NCBI GenBank assembly: GCA_964007735.1
Contig: CAXGAI010000013.1
Span: 62,001 to 112,701 of the forward strand
Length of the DNA: 50,701 bases
Direction: 5' to 3'
From: an uncultured Rhodopirellula sp.
Lineage (GTDB): Bacteria > Planctomycetota > Planctomycetia > Pirellulales > Pirellulaceae
Below are positions 32,856 to 41,679 of the stretch, one piece after another (the stretch's first letter is position 1; each line of letters starts with the position of its first letter). Below the pieces are notes generated by a model. The model searched no databases and was not told where the DNA came from. It saw nothing but the letters and a program-made list of their open reading frames with translations. A program made the position numbers and the translations under genes.

Positions 32856-33922
32856 TGTTACATGCCGTCATCATGGCCGGCGGTGCAGGAACTCGCTTTT
32901 GGCCCTTAAGTCGAATTGCCTTACCAAAGCAATTACTTAGCTTTGGGCGCGAACACACCTTGCTCCAGGAGGCAGTCAACAGACTCGCCCCGGCGATCTC
33001 TAGTGAACGTATCTCCGTCATCACCAATCAGCGGTTGGTCGAATCTATTCAGCAACAACTACCGCAATTTCGGGCAAATGCCATCATTGGCGAACCCGCC
33101 AAGAAAGACACCGCTCCATGTATCGCTTTAGCCGCAGCGCTAATCGCAGCTGAAGACGATGATGCCACCATGATCGTGATGCCCAGTGATCATATCATCC
33201 AGCCAGTCGAGGCATTCCAACATGCCCTTTCAACCGCCGTTGAATTGGTAAAGGAAAATCCAACAAGGCTAATAACATTTGGAGTGACGCCAGACCGACC
33301 GGCTGAAACATACGGTTATATCCAAACCGCGAATGAATTAAGCACCGGTATTTTTGAAGTTCAACAATTCAAAGAAAAACCGGTGGCCGAAGTCGCACAT
33401 CAATACCTTCAAGATGGCCGTTATTTTTGGAATTCGGGAATCTTTGTTTGGAGAGCTCAAACGATTCTTAATGCCTTATCTGCTACTCGCCCGGATATTC
33501 TAGAACATATTAATAAGATCGTTGAAAGCCGCCATCAACATAACTTTCAAGAGATTTTTACTCGGGAGTTTACAGCGATTAAAGGAATTTCTATCGACTA
33601 TGCTGTCATGGAGCATTACAAACCAGTTTTGATGGTCAAAGCACCATTTCAGTGGGATGATATCGGCTCGTGGCAAGCGTTATCCAGAATGTTTCCTACC
33701 GACGAAAACAATAATACGATCCTTTCCCGGCATGTAGGATTTAAAACATCAGGCTCTATCATTCAAAGTTCCTCAGACCATCTTATTGCCACCATCGGAC
33801 TCAAAGATGTGATTATTGTTCATACCGACGACGCTACATTAGTTGCAAATAAACACGATGAAGAGTCCGTAAGAAGGCTAACTGAAATCCTAAAATCCAG
33901 TGGGCACGAAGTGCATTTGTAG
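32855..33922 (+). CDS. Mannose-1-phosphate guanylyltransferase (no PMI domain)
   Basis: VIMAGGAGTRFWPLSR...PKQ, EP..KDTAPCI, PSDH, YGYI, FKEKP, WNSGIF, ISIDYAVME, WDDIGSW; TGATG coupling to the upstream gene. Confidence 0.92.
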   Translation: MLHAVIMAGGAGTRFWPLSRIALPKQLLSFGREHTLLQEAVNRLAPAISSERISVITNQRLVESIQQQLPQFRANAIIGEPAKKDTAPCIALAAALIAAEDDDATMIVMPSDHIIQPVEAFQHALSTAVELVKENPTRLITFGVTPDRPAETYGYIQTANELSTGIFEVQQFKEKPVAEVAHQYLQDGRYFWNSGIFVWRAQTILNALSATRPDILEHINKIVESRHQHNFQEIFTREFTAIKGISIDYAVMEHYKPVLMVKAPFQWDDIGSWQALSRMFPTDENNNTILSRHVGFKTSGSIIQSSSDHLIATIGLKDVIIVHTDDATLVANKHDEESVRRLTEILKSSGHEVHL

Positions 33923-33932
33923 GGACCTAACA

Positions 33933-34892
33933 ATGACTCACAACAGACGCTTAATCCTAACTATTCTGACACTGTCGATTGCATCTTCCCATCTCAGTCT
34001 CGCTGGAGATGACTCGACATTCAATCTCAATCTCCCGTTAAAAACCTTCGGTGGAAAACAATTCTGGACCGATGTACGTGTTCAAGGCGGTTGGCGAATC
34101 CAAAGTAATTACTATACTGGTCATTTCCGCATTTTGGATGACAAGAATGTAAGGCAGACGTGGGGATCCTTTCAACACTGCCAAAAAAGATTTGATGCGT
34201 TTGTCGACGATGGCACGATAAAGCCCTACAAAAAGAAGATCATCGTATTACTCCACGGAGTTATCCGGACTCGCAATTCACTAGACCTACTCAGCAGATA
34301 TTTACAGTCTCGAAATGCTGCTGACATCATCAGCTGGAGTTACGCTAGTACACGACAAACAATCAGCCAGCATGCCGACAAATTCGGCGAAATGCTTGGC
34401 CATTTTCCCGAAGACGCCGAGATTCTCCTGATTGGCCATAGTATGGGAAACATTGTGGTTCGCAGTTATCTGAAAACCAGAACCGACAAGCGAATTAAAC
34501 GTATGGTGATGCTGGCGCCTCCCAATCAAGGGTCCGCATTGGGCCGAACCGTGAACGATAATGTACTTTTTGAGGCTGTATGGGGCGTCTCCGGCCAGCA
34601 GTTGGGAGGGGACTTCCAGAAACTGGAAAAACAACTGGGGACACCGGACTTCGAATTTGGAATCATTGCAGGGCATCTGGAAAATAACCTGATCCGTAAT
34701 CCACTGTTACCTGGGCCAAGCGACCTTGTGGTGGCCGTAGATGAAACTAAACTCCGTGGTGCCAGCGACTTTCGCACAGTCAATTCAACACATACACGAA
34801 TCATGAATCAGCGTGAAACGTTACAATACGTTCAGCACTTTTTAAATCGTGGCTATTTTGAGACAGCCGAGACTCGACAACCCATCAAATAA
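33933..34892 (+). CDS. Secreted alpha/beta hydrolase (lipase/esterase-like)
   Basis: Signal peptide from ATG 33933, LLHG, GHSMG nucleophile, MLAPPNQGS, GIIAG, D.VV.V.ET.L, H. Confidence 0.82.
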   Translation: MTHNRRLILTILTLSIASSHLSLAGDDSTFNLNLPLKTFGGKQFWTDVRVQGGWRIQSNYYTGHFRILDDKNVRQTWGSFQHCQKRFDAFVDDGTIKPYKKKIIVLLHGVIRTRNSLDLLSRYLQSRNAADIISWSYASTRQTISQHADKFGEMLGHFPEDAEILLIGHSMGNIVVRSYLKTRTDKRIKRMVMLAPPNQGSALGRTVNDNVLFEAVWGVSGQQLGGDFQKLEKQLGTPDFEFGIIAGHLENNLIRNPLLPGPSDLVVAVDETKLRGASDFRTVNSTHTRIMNQRETLQYVQHFLNRGYFETAETRQPIK

Positions 34893-34901
34893 AACCCCGC
34901 C

Positions 34902-35330
34902 GTGACTACTAATTTCCCTCATGAAGGCCGTTTAGCCGGTATCGACTTTGGCACGGTGCGCATCGGTATCGCCATCTGTGATCAAAATCAGTCCTTTGCC
35001 AGCCCCGTTGAAAACTATCAACGAAGGGAACTTGAAGGAGATGCCAGACGATTCCAACAACTCGTGGAACAGGAGGACATCGTCGGAATTGTTATCGGCC
35101 TTCCTATTAGCACCGACGGGCAAGAAACCGCCAAAAGCCGTGAAGCTCGGGAATTTGGTGCCTGGCTAGGCAAAGTAACATCACTTCCCATTAGATTTCA
35201 TGACGAACGATTTACAACATCTCTGGCACATGAATTGATGATAGCCGGAAATATCAAAGCCAGTAAACGCAAGAAAAGGCTTGACATGATCGCAGCGCAA
35301 CAAATGCTTCAGGCATATCTGGAACAATAA
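34902..35330 (+). CDS. yqgF: YqgF/RuvX pre-16S rRNA processing nuclease
   Basis: GIDFGTVRIGIAICD, IVIGLP...DG, DERFTT, LD..AA..MLQ.YL. Confidence 0.93.
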   Translation: MTTNFPHEGRLAGIDFGTVRIGIAICDQNQSFASPVENYQRRELEGDARRFQQLVEQEDIVGIVIGLPISTDGQETAKSREAREFGAWLGKVTSLPIRFHDERFTTSLAHELMIAGNIKASKRKKRLDMIAAQQMLQAYLEQ

Positions 35331-35354
35331 CTTCGGGCGAGGACCGATAACTTG

Positions 35355-37448
35355 TTACGGGGAATCTGCATTCTCATCCGTTGCAGCATCAGCATCACGA
35401 ACTTTCATTTCAGCGATAAGCTCAACAATCACGGAGGCTGGTAATGCGTAAGAGGCAACTCGAGTAGCACGCGCGATATTAATGCCGATGGCCTGGCCTT
35501 TTGTATTCAATATCGGACCGCCACATTGTTCCGGTCGTAATACCGTATCATGTTGCAGAACCGACAGGAAACCGCTCCGACGTGTGCTCAAAGGCCCGCC
35601 CAGGTTCTGTTGCTCGACTGCCCGGCTGCCGGCAATATCTTCTTCTCGTCCCAGAACAGCGTCAATCGACAACTCCTCTTCGCCTCGACGTACCAGCAAT
35701 GTAATCTTTTCACCCGGCAGGTGACTGCGAACGGTATTGATCAGATGATCACGATTCATAATTTCAATCTCATTCACCTTAAGAATAACGTCCCCCCGGC
35801 GCATCTTAGCACGCGCGGCGGCGGTGTTTGGGAATACCTGTTCGACACGGACTCCATTGGGAGTTTCCCCAAGAAAAACTCCCAGCAACCCACCCCGAAT
35901 AGAGCGAGGGTGAGCACTAACCACGCCAATCGCCATCGGATCCTTACTGGTTGATGGAGAAATCAGCCAACTACCCAGTGGCTGTTCATCCGTGTTCCAC
36001 TTTATTGGTTTAAGTTTTTTGGCATCCACCTTTAGCATTAATAAGTCATATTTAGGACGATGGGACACAAAGTTTGCCTCAAATTCATTACCTCTCCCAT
36101 CTTCACAAGCGAGAGGAAACTCTAGCTCATCACTAAGTATTTCACTTGCCTTCGTCAAAATATAACCGTCCGCACTGACGATGACTCCCAATGATAATTG
36201 ACGTTTCCCTTTCGAGATTTTTACCGTTGAGTTACCCGCTTTGTTTACAACGGGCGAAAAGGCATTAACAATCGTCTCATAATTTCGCTGATGAACAGTG
36301 GCTGGTTTGTAAGATGCGATGTAACTCATCCAACTGTTGTAGTCGGTGGCCACAGGCTCCTCTCGAATACTACTATCCTCTTCGGGTGCCCGGGGTATCC
36401 GGCGGCCTGCCCGTCCAACAGTCAATTCAAGTTCAACCTTTTCGCCGTCCCGAAGAACCTTAATATCAACCTTTTCACCCGGGCGATGAACTGCCACAAC
36501 ATTTACCAACGAATCGAATGTTGTGACATCCTTGCCGGCAAATTGAATAATGATATCGCCTTTTTGTATTCCGGCCTTAGCTGCCGGACTACCGGGAACC
36601 GTACTTTCGATTTCCGCCGCATCGTTGTTTTGGCCACCTGTAACACCAATAAACGGAGCACCGGGAGAATTACCCCACGCTTCTTCGTTGGCCATGCGTT
36701 CCCATCCATCTTTAAATGAATCAATCGGCGCGTGGACGTTATGGCTCAACTCAGGACCAATCCGGCTATGGATGCCAATTACTCGTCCATCCATAGAAAA
36801 CAATGGCCCACCAGAGTCACCACCGATCAGCGTACAGTCGGAGGTAAGCACATCTTCATAGGTGTGGACGATTCGTCCTAATCGAACAACGGGGTTACGA
36901 TCTTCCTGAAATCCACCCGGGTGGCCAACAGCCATTACCCACTGTCCTAAGACAACGTCACCTGAAACACCCATATCGGCATGAGGCCAGTCTTCGGCCT
37001 CCCAGTCCTCTGCCATGATCTTCATCAGGCCCGCATCAAACGTGTTATTCAGCCCTAATGTTTTGGCTGGAACCACACGACCATCCGAAAGAAAAAGCCG
37101 GGCATTTAGGCCAGGTTTACCGGAAACGTGTGCCGCCGTTAACACATAGCCATCTCGGCTGATGATGACACCACTACCTTGTGCTGCGCCAACACCAATA
37201 CCAACCACCGTCTTTTGGACTTTTTCGGCAAGCGTCTGCACATGTTCCTGGACAGATTCAATCTGATCAATTGACGAGGGGGGCTCTCCCAAAAAGAAAG
37301 CCTCAAGCTTCGCATCCACCGAGACATTGATGGCTCGTTCATCTCCTGGATCTGGCTGAGCCAAAACCATCGAAGCAAAGGAAAAGATGAGTAGTAGAGA
37401 AAATAAGCAGGAAACTTGCTGGCTCAAATTCTTATGGGATCGAAACAT
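35355..37448 (-). CDS. Secreted tandem HtrA/DegP-like protein: trypsin-PDZ plus a degenerate trypsin domain with internal PDZ
   Basis: Signal peptide; module 1 GSGVII, LTAAHV, D, GGDSGGP then PDZ (SPAAKAGIQKGD); module 2 LGVIVS..GYILTKASE, PDZ, LQHD....PEQCGGP....G.AIGINIAR. Confidence 0.85.
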   Translation of the reverse strand: MFRSHKNLSQQVSCLFSLLLIFSFASMVLAQPDPGDERAINVSVDAKLEAFFLGEPPSSIDQIESVQEHVQTLAEKVQKTVVGIGVGAAQGSGVIISRDGYVLTAAHVSGKPGLNARLFLSDGRVVPAKTLGLNNTFDAGLMKIMAEDWEAEDWPHADMGVSGDVVLGQWVMAVGHPGGFQEDRNPVVRLGRIVHTYEDVLTSDCTLIGGDSGGPLFSMDGRVIGIHSRIGPELSHNVHAPIDSFKDGWERMANEEAWGNSPGAPFIGVTGGQNNDAAEIESTVPGSPAAKAGIQKGDIIIQFAGKDVTTFDSLVNVVAVHRPGEKVDIKVLRDGEKVELELTVGRAGRRIPRAPEEDSSIREEPVATDYNSWMSYIASYKPATVHQRNYETIVNAFSPVVNKAGNSTVKISKGKRQLSLGVIVSADGYILTKASEILSDELEFPLACEDGRGNEFEANFVSHRPKYDLLMLKVDAKKLKPIKWNTDEQPLGSWLISPSTSKDPMAIGVVSAHPRSIRGGLLGVFLGETPNGVRVEQVFPNTAAARAKMRRGDVILKVNEIEIMNRDHLINTVRSHLPGEKITLLVRRGEEELSIDAVLGREEDIAGSRAVEQQNLGGPLSTRRSGFLSVLQHDTVLRPEQCGGPILNTKGQAIGINIARATRVASYALPASVIVELIAEMKVRDADAATDENADSP

Positions 37449-37719
37449 GCGTTTTTTCTAACTCTAAGGTGATAAGAGCATTCCCTGCTCGTCCATCGCG
37501 ACCATATCCATATGACGTTTTTTACATTACATATAATGTAGAATACTTCATCAATAATTATTACCCGTGAAACATCTCTTGTAGATGAGATATTGAACTT
37601 TTTCAGGAGTTTGGCGACTTCTATTTACTCCTCAAACTTTACCACCTTTACCTCACCGGTATTTAGTTACTTCAACGAATCGCGATAAGAACGGCCCAGA
37701 CAATCATCAGTAGGTTGAT

Positions 37720-38583
37720 ATGACAGATCGACTCATTATAGGATGCGGCTATTTAGGGCTGCGTGTTGCCAAGCAATGGATTACCGAAGGCCACAGGGTG
37801 TTCGCGCTGACCCGCACCGAAAAGAACGCGGCCACTCTGGCGCAAGCTGGAATTCAGCCAATCCTTGGCGACGTCATGTCACCAGAGACTCTGCCAATGC
37901 TGCCAGTTGTTGAACAAGTCCTCTACGCCGTCGGATTTGATCGCCAAAGTGGCCATAGCATTGAAGAAGTCTATGTTCGTGGTCTGAAGAACATTGTCGC
38001 AAACCTGCCAAAGACCATAAATCAGTTTCTCTACATTAGTTCCACAGGTGTATATGGCCAAGCTGATGGAAGTTGGCTTACAGAACAATCGGAAACAAAC
38101 CCGACACGCCCTGGCGGTAAAGCATGTTTAAAAGCAGAGCAATTTCTATTGGAGGTGTCACTCCCGAAACAAACCACTGTTTTACGTCTTGCGGGAATTT
38201 ATGGTCCTAATAGGGTTCCGCGGTTGGATCAGATCAAAAGCGGAAAACCATTGGCCATTCCTCAAGATGGCTGGCTGAACCTTATTCACGTCGAAGATGC
38301 CGTCACCATTATTAACATTATGGTGCAACAGACACCAAAAAAGGCCTGTTATCTAGTCTCGGATGGTTGTCCCGTATTGCGAAAAGATTATCTCGGAGAA
38401 ATCGCGGGTATACTTGGTGCACCGCCGGTAACTTTTACCGCCGTTGATCCTCACAGTGCCGTCGGACAACGAGCGAGAAATACAAAACGCATTAGCAACG
38501 AGCAATTGGAATCAGAATTTGATATCGCGTGGAAGTACCCAACATTTCGAGAGGGCCTTCAAGGGATATTGAAAAACCTGTGA
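37720..38583 (+). CDS. Atypical SDR / NAD-dependent epimerase-like protein (YeeZ-like)
   Basis: IIGCGYLG, YISSTGVYG, E...P, AE, LRLAGIYGP.R, NLIHVEDA, YPTFREG. Confidence 0.88.
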   Translation: MTDRLIIGCGYLGLRVAKQWITEGHRVFALTRTEKNAATLAQAGIQPILGDVMSPETLPMLPVVEQVLYAVGFDRQSGHSIEEVYVRGLKNIVANLPKTINQFLYISSTGVYGQADGSWLTEQSETNPTRPGGKACLKAEQFLLEVSLPKQTTVLRLAGIYGPNRVPRLDQIKSGKPLAIPQDGWLNLIHVEDAVTIINIMVQQTPKKACYLVSDGCPVLRKDYLGEIAGILGAPPVTFTAVDPHSAVGQRARNTKRISNEQLESEFDIAWKYPTFREGLQGILKNL

Positions 38584-38660
38584 ATTCGATGGCTTGTACA
38601 TAAATCCACCAAGAATTAGAATCGCTGTAAGTTAACCATAACGAATGATAGGATTCATCC

Positions 38661-39443
38661 ATGCTGGAACGTCGCCCTGTTTTTCCTAATGTCATCGAAG
38701 TCAATCACCAATTGGGTTACGTCGTCGGCTGTAATATCTACCTGATTTACAGTGACGACGACTGGATTCTCATCGATATTGGCTACGAAGAAGTGGTTGA
38801 GGAGGTTGTCGACCTGATACGCAATTTAGATTTCCCCTTTGCTAACTGCAAAACACTTATTGCGACTCACGCTGATGTCGATCACATTCAGGGTCTCGCC
38901 CAGCTAAAGCAAATCTTTAAAACGACCGTTTCCGCACACCCACTTGCTGAAGAATCTCTGCGAATCGGAGACAAACTAAAGACGTTTGCTCAGATCGAAG
39001 CTCAAGGTATTGATTTAGACATGCCGCCGGTGGAAGTCGATAACCTGATTAATGACGGTGACAAGATCACCGTGGGAGATCTCGAACTTGAAGTTTGGTT
39101 AACACCCGGACACACCGATAGCCAATTGAGCTTCCGTATGGGCGACCTGCTTTTTAGTGGAGATAATATTTATCGGGATGGCTGTGTTGGTGCTATTGAT
39201 GCACACCATGGCAGTAATCTGGACGACTTCATCAAGTCCCTGCGTAGAATTAAGGCCAGTGATGTGAAGTGGCTTCTACCGAGCCACGGCCCTATCTTCC
39301 CGAAGGATGATGACCTGCTGGAACGAACGATCACCCGTTTGGAAAGTTATCGGCATATGGCAGACTTCGGCACTTGTGCCACTGACTGGCCTTTAATGGA
39401 TGAGTGGGAGCGTGAAATTGCCGAAGGGAAAATGCCCGGATAA
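38661..39443 (+). CDS. Metallo-beta-lactamase-fold hydrolase
   Basis: CNIYL, LIDIG, THADVDH, TPGHT, FSGD, LLPSHG. Confidence 0.85.
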   Translation: MLERRPVFPNVIEVNHQLGYVVGCNIYLIYSDDDWILIDIGYEEVVEEVVDLIRNLDFPFANCKTLIATHADVDHIQGLAQLKQIFKTTVSAHPLAEESLRIGDKLKTFAQIEAQGIDLDMPPVEVDNLINDGDKITVGDLELEVWLTPGHTDSQLSFRMGDLLFSGDNIYRDGCVGAIDAHHGSNLDDFIKSLRRIKASDVKWLLPSHGPIFPKDDDLLERTITRLESYRHMADFGTCATDWPLMDEWEREIAEGKMPG

Positions 39444-39486
39444 TCGCCCATCAATACGTGCCGTCTAATTGAGGAATCCAGTAAAC

Positions 39487-40692
39487 ATGTCTAACAAACT
39501 TTTGGAATTGTTACAGGATTTGGTTCGCATTCCCAGCGTAAACCCAATGGGGCGGGAAGTTTCGGGGGATATCTACTACGAAGGTCGCATGACCGAGTAT
39601 CTGGAGCGTTGGTTTTCTGCCTTGTCCGGGCTAGGTGTTCAATTCAAACGTAATACGCTGGAGCCAGGGCGGGACAACATCGCTGCCATCTTCCCGGGTA
39701 GCCGCAACTGGGAAGATGGAGGACGAGTCATCATGCTCGAAGCCCATCAGGATACTGTTCCTATCGATGGAATGACCATCAGCCCTTTCGAGCCGATCAT
39801 TCATGACGGTAAAATGTATGGCCGAGGCAGTTGCGATATCAAAGGGGGAATGGCATGTATGCTGACGGCGTTTAAACGCTTTGTTGAATCTCCACCAGCT
39901 GATCGACCTACCGTTGTTATGGCTTGTACCGTCAACGAAGAATTTGGAATGTCCGGAGCAGCCAAGCTTTGTGACTTGTGGATCGAAGAGCAATGGTTCC
40001 CTAAGCCAGATGCCATCATCGTCGCTGAACCTACACTGCTTGATGTTGTTGTTGCTCATAAAGGGGTGACACGATTTGAAATTGAAGTCACAGGCACCGC
40101 CTGTCACAGCTCGCAACCTGAATTAGGAAAGAATGCCATCTACCGTATGGCTCGAATCATTCAAGTACTCGAGCAGTATGCGGCGGAGGTAGTCGGTACC
40201 TTAAATAAACATCCGTTAGTGACAAATCCAACACTCAATGTAGGGATGATTGAAGGGGGTATCAGCGTGAACACCGTTCCTGATCGCTGCTCCATCGAAG
40301 TTGGACGGCGAACCAGTCCAACAGAGATTCCGGATGAGGCTTATTATCACATTCTTGATTATGTGAAACAGAATATCGCCGATGAGCCATGGTCCGAAGA
40401 GGTCATATTTCACGAACCTACGATTTCATGTGGGGGGCTAAGCGATGAATTTAATGGTGAATTTGCATCCTATGTGCAAAGCGTGGTTCAACAGGCCGGG
40501 TATGCCGGTCAACGTATTGGTGTGCCATACGGAACTGATGCGCAGGCATTTTCTCTTCATCAAATCGCAACGATTGTTTTGGGCCCGGGCTCGATTGACC
40601 AGGCTCATACGAAAGACGAGTGGATCGAAGTGGAACAATTAACAGCAGCGGCCGAATTGTATTACCAATTGATCACTCAATTCGCTGCCTAA
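39487..40692 (+). CDS. M20 metallopeptidase, ArgE/DapE-like deacylase (ATG 39487 preferred over TTG 39469)
   Basis: LVRIPSVNP, AHQDTVP, YGRGSCDIKGG, NEE, AEPT, AHKG, HSS.P..G.NAI, GTDA, GPGSIDQAHT.DE. Confidence 0.88.
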   Translation: MSNKLLELLQDLVRIPSVNPMGREVSGDIYYEGRMTEYLERWFSALSGLGVQFKRNTLEPGRDNIAAIFPGSRNWEDGGRVIMLEAHQDTVPIDGMTISPFEPIIHDGKMYGRGSCDIKGGMACMLTAFKRFVESPPADRPTVVMACTVNEEFGMSGAAKLCDLWIEEQWFPKPDAIIVAEPTLLDVVVAHKGVTRFEIEVTGTACHSSQPELGKNAIYRMARIIQVLEQYAAEVVGTLNKHPLVTNPTLNVGMIEGGISVNTVPDRCSIEVGRRTSPTEIPDEAYYHILDYVKQNIADEPWSEEVIFHEPTISCGGLSDEFNGEFASYVQSVVQQAGYAGQRIGVPYGTDAQAFSLHQIATIVLGPGSIDQAHTKDEWIEVEQLTAAAELYYQLITQFAA

Positions 40693-40720
40693 TACAGCGA
40701 AGCTCAGAAACGTTCGCGCA

Positions 40721-40762
40721 CAAAAGAAGGCGGCACTCTGAAGTGCGAATCAGAGTGCCGCC
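40721..40762 (-). terminator. Rho-independent terminator of the small Tyr-rich gene
   Basis: 13-bp stem GGCGGCACTCTGA(40729-41)/TCAGAGTGCCGCC(40750-62), followed on the minus strand by TTCTTTTG. Confidence 0.8.
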
Positions 40763-40865
40763 ATAAATCCGTTAAGCTGTTTTACCACGCCATAATGTGC
40801 CGTTATGTCGTAGGCTTCAAATCTGTTGCCCCATAACCCCACGGACAGATCTGAATTCAACGGAT

Positions 40866-41195
40866 TTAGAATACGTCAAGCCGGAAATGATGTCCCCAGT
40901 GATAACGTCGCTGTTGAGGATAAAAATTGTGCCATTGGGTATTGTAAGCCGGTACACGCATTTCCTGAGGATACCGATGGTACAAGCTCTCATAGCTTCG
41001 GTAGTACTCCTGTCCCCAGTAATTTTGCGGGTAGTACACATAAGGATAGTGATAAAAACGATCCCAATTGTAATGACTGTAGGCACTTCCCCAGACTCGA
41101 CCATAAGCTCGTTCCTGAGCCTGGGCATCCGAGTTCAAACAAATCCCAAGCATTGCTGTACAAATGGCTATCAGCAAGACCTTTTTGATGCTCAT
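40866..41195 (-). CDS. Small secreted Tyr/Trp/His-rich protein of unknown function
   Basis: AAAGGA RBS, Sec signal peptide ending AQA-Q, 83-aa aromatic-rich mature part, own terminator. Confidence 0.85.
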   Translation of the reverse strand: MSIKKVLLIAICTAMLGICLNSDAQAQERAYGRVWGSAYSHYNWDRFYHYPYVYYPQNYWGQEYYRSYESLYHRYPQEMRVPAYNTQWHNFYPQQRRYHWGHHFRLDVF

Positions 41196-41565
41196 CGATT
41201 ATTCCTTTCGTTTCCCATGCCTCGGGAAATGGCATGATTCCATTGGGGTTCCCAAGGTCGCAGGCGCAAGCTACCCACGCAGCCTATCTGCCCACACTCA
41301 AATCTTCGGCAGGAAGTATGACCCGAATTGAAGGAATATTCCGCAGAATCGGAAAAGGTGGACCGATTAAAAATACTGAATAACCCTCCGAATAGACGCT
41401 CACCAGCACAATTCGAGGGGATAACCGTAGATTGATGGCCTTCTAGTGCAAAAATGACGTGCAGAGGCTATTGTGTGAATTCTCGGATTTCATCAAAATA
41501 GAAGCCTTAGCACTGCTAGTTGTCATACGACTGTGGACAATCACTTTTTCGGCAATAGCGGTCTT

Positions 41566-41613
41566 TTTATCGGGCTAACTTTGTGATTTTTTTCACAAAG
41601 TTAGCCCGATAAA
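41566..41613. promoter_or_regulatory. 48-bp palindrome (21-bp perfect arms) with Rex/CRP-like core upstream of nqrA
   Basis: TTTATCGGGCTAACTTTGTGA-TTTTTT-TCACAAAGTTAGCCCGATAAA. Confidence 0.7.
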
Positions 41614-41679
41614 CAGAGCTTCTTCCTGACATGAGGAATAGGCGAATACAACCTATTTGCAGTATGTGGAAATAAGGCA

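Noticed and set aside
38661..39443. Beta-lactamase (antibiotic resistance)
   Set aside because: MBL fold only; no signal peptide and an altered metal motif.
40797..41237. Four further long ORFs overlapping the Tyr-rich gene (40797+, 40826+, 40817-, 40990-)
   Set aside because: Only 40866-41195(-) has an RBS, signal peptide and terminator; the others look like by-products of its biased codons.
41532..41540. DnaA-box-like TGTGGACAA
   Set aside because: Single one-mismatch box with no cluster or origin-associated genes.
41566..41613. The long palindrome as a MITE, REP element or CRISPR repeat
   Set aside because: Single copy in the window, no evident target-site duplication, no spacers, transposase or cas genes.
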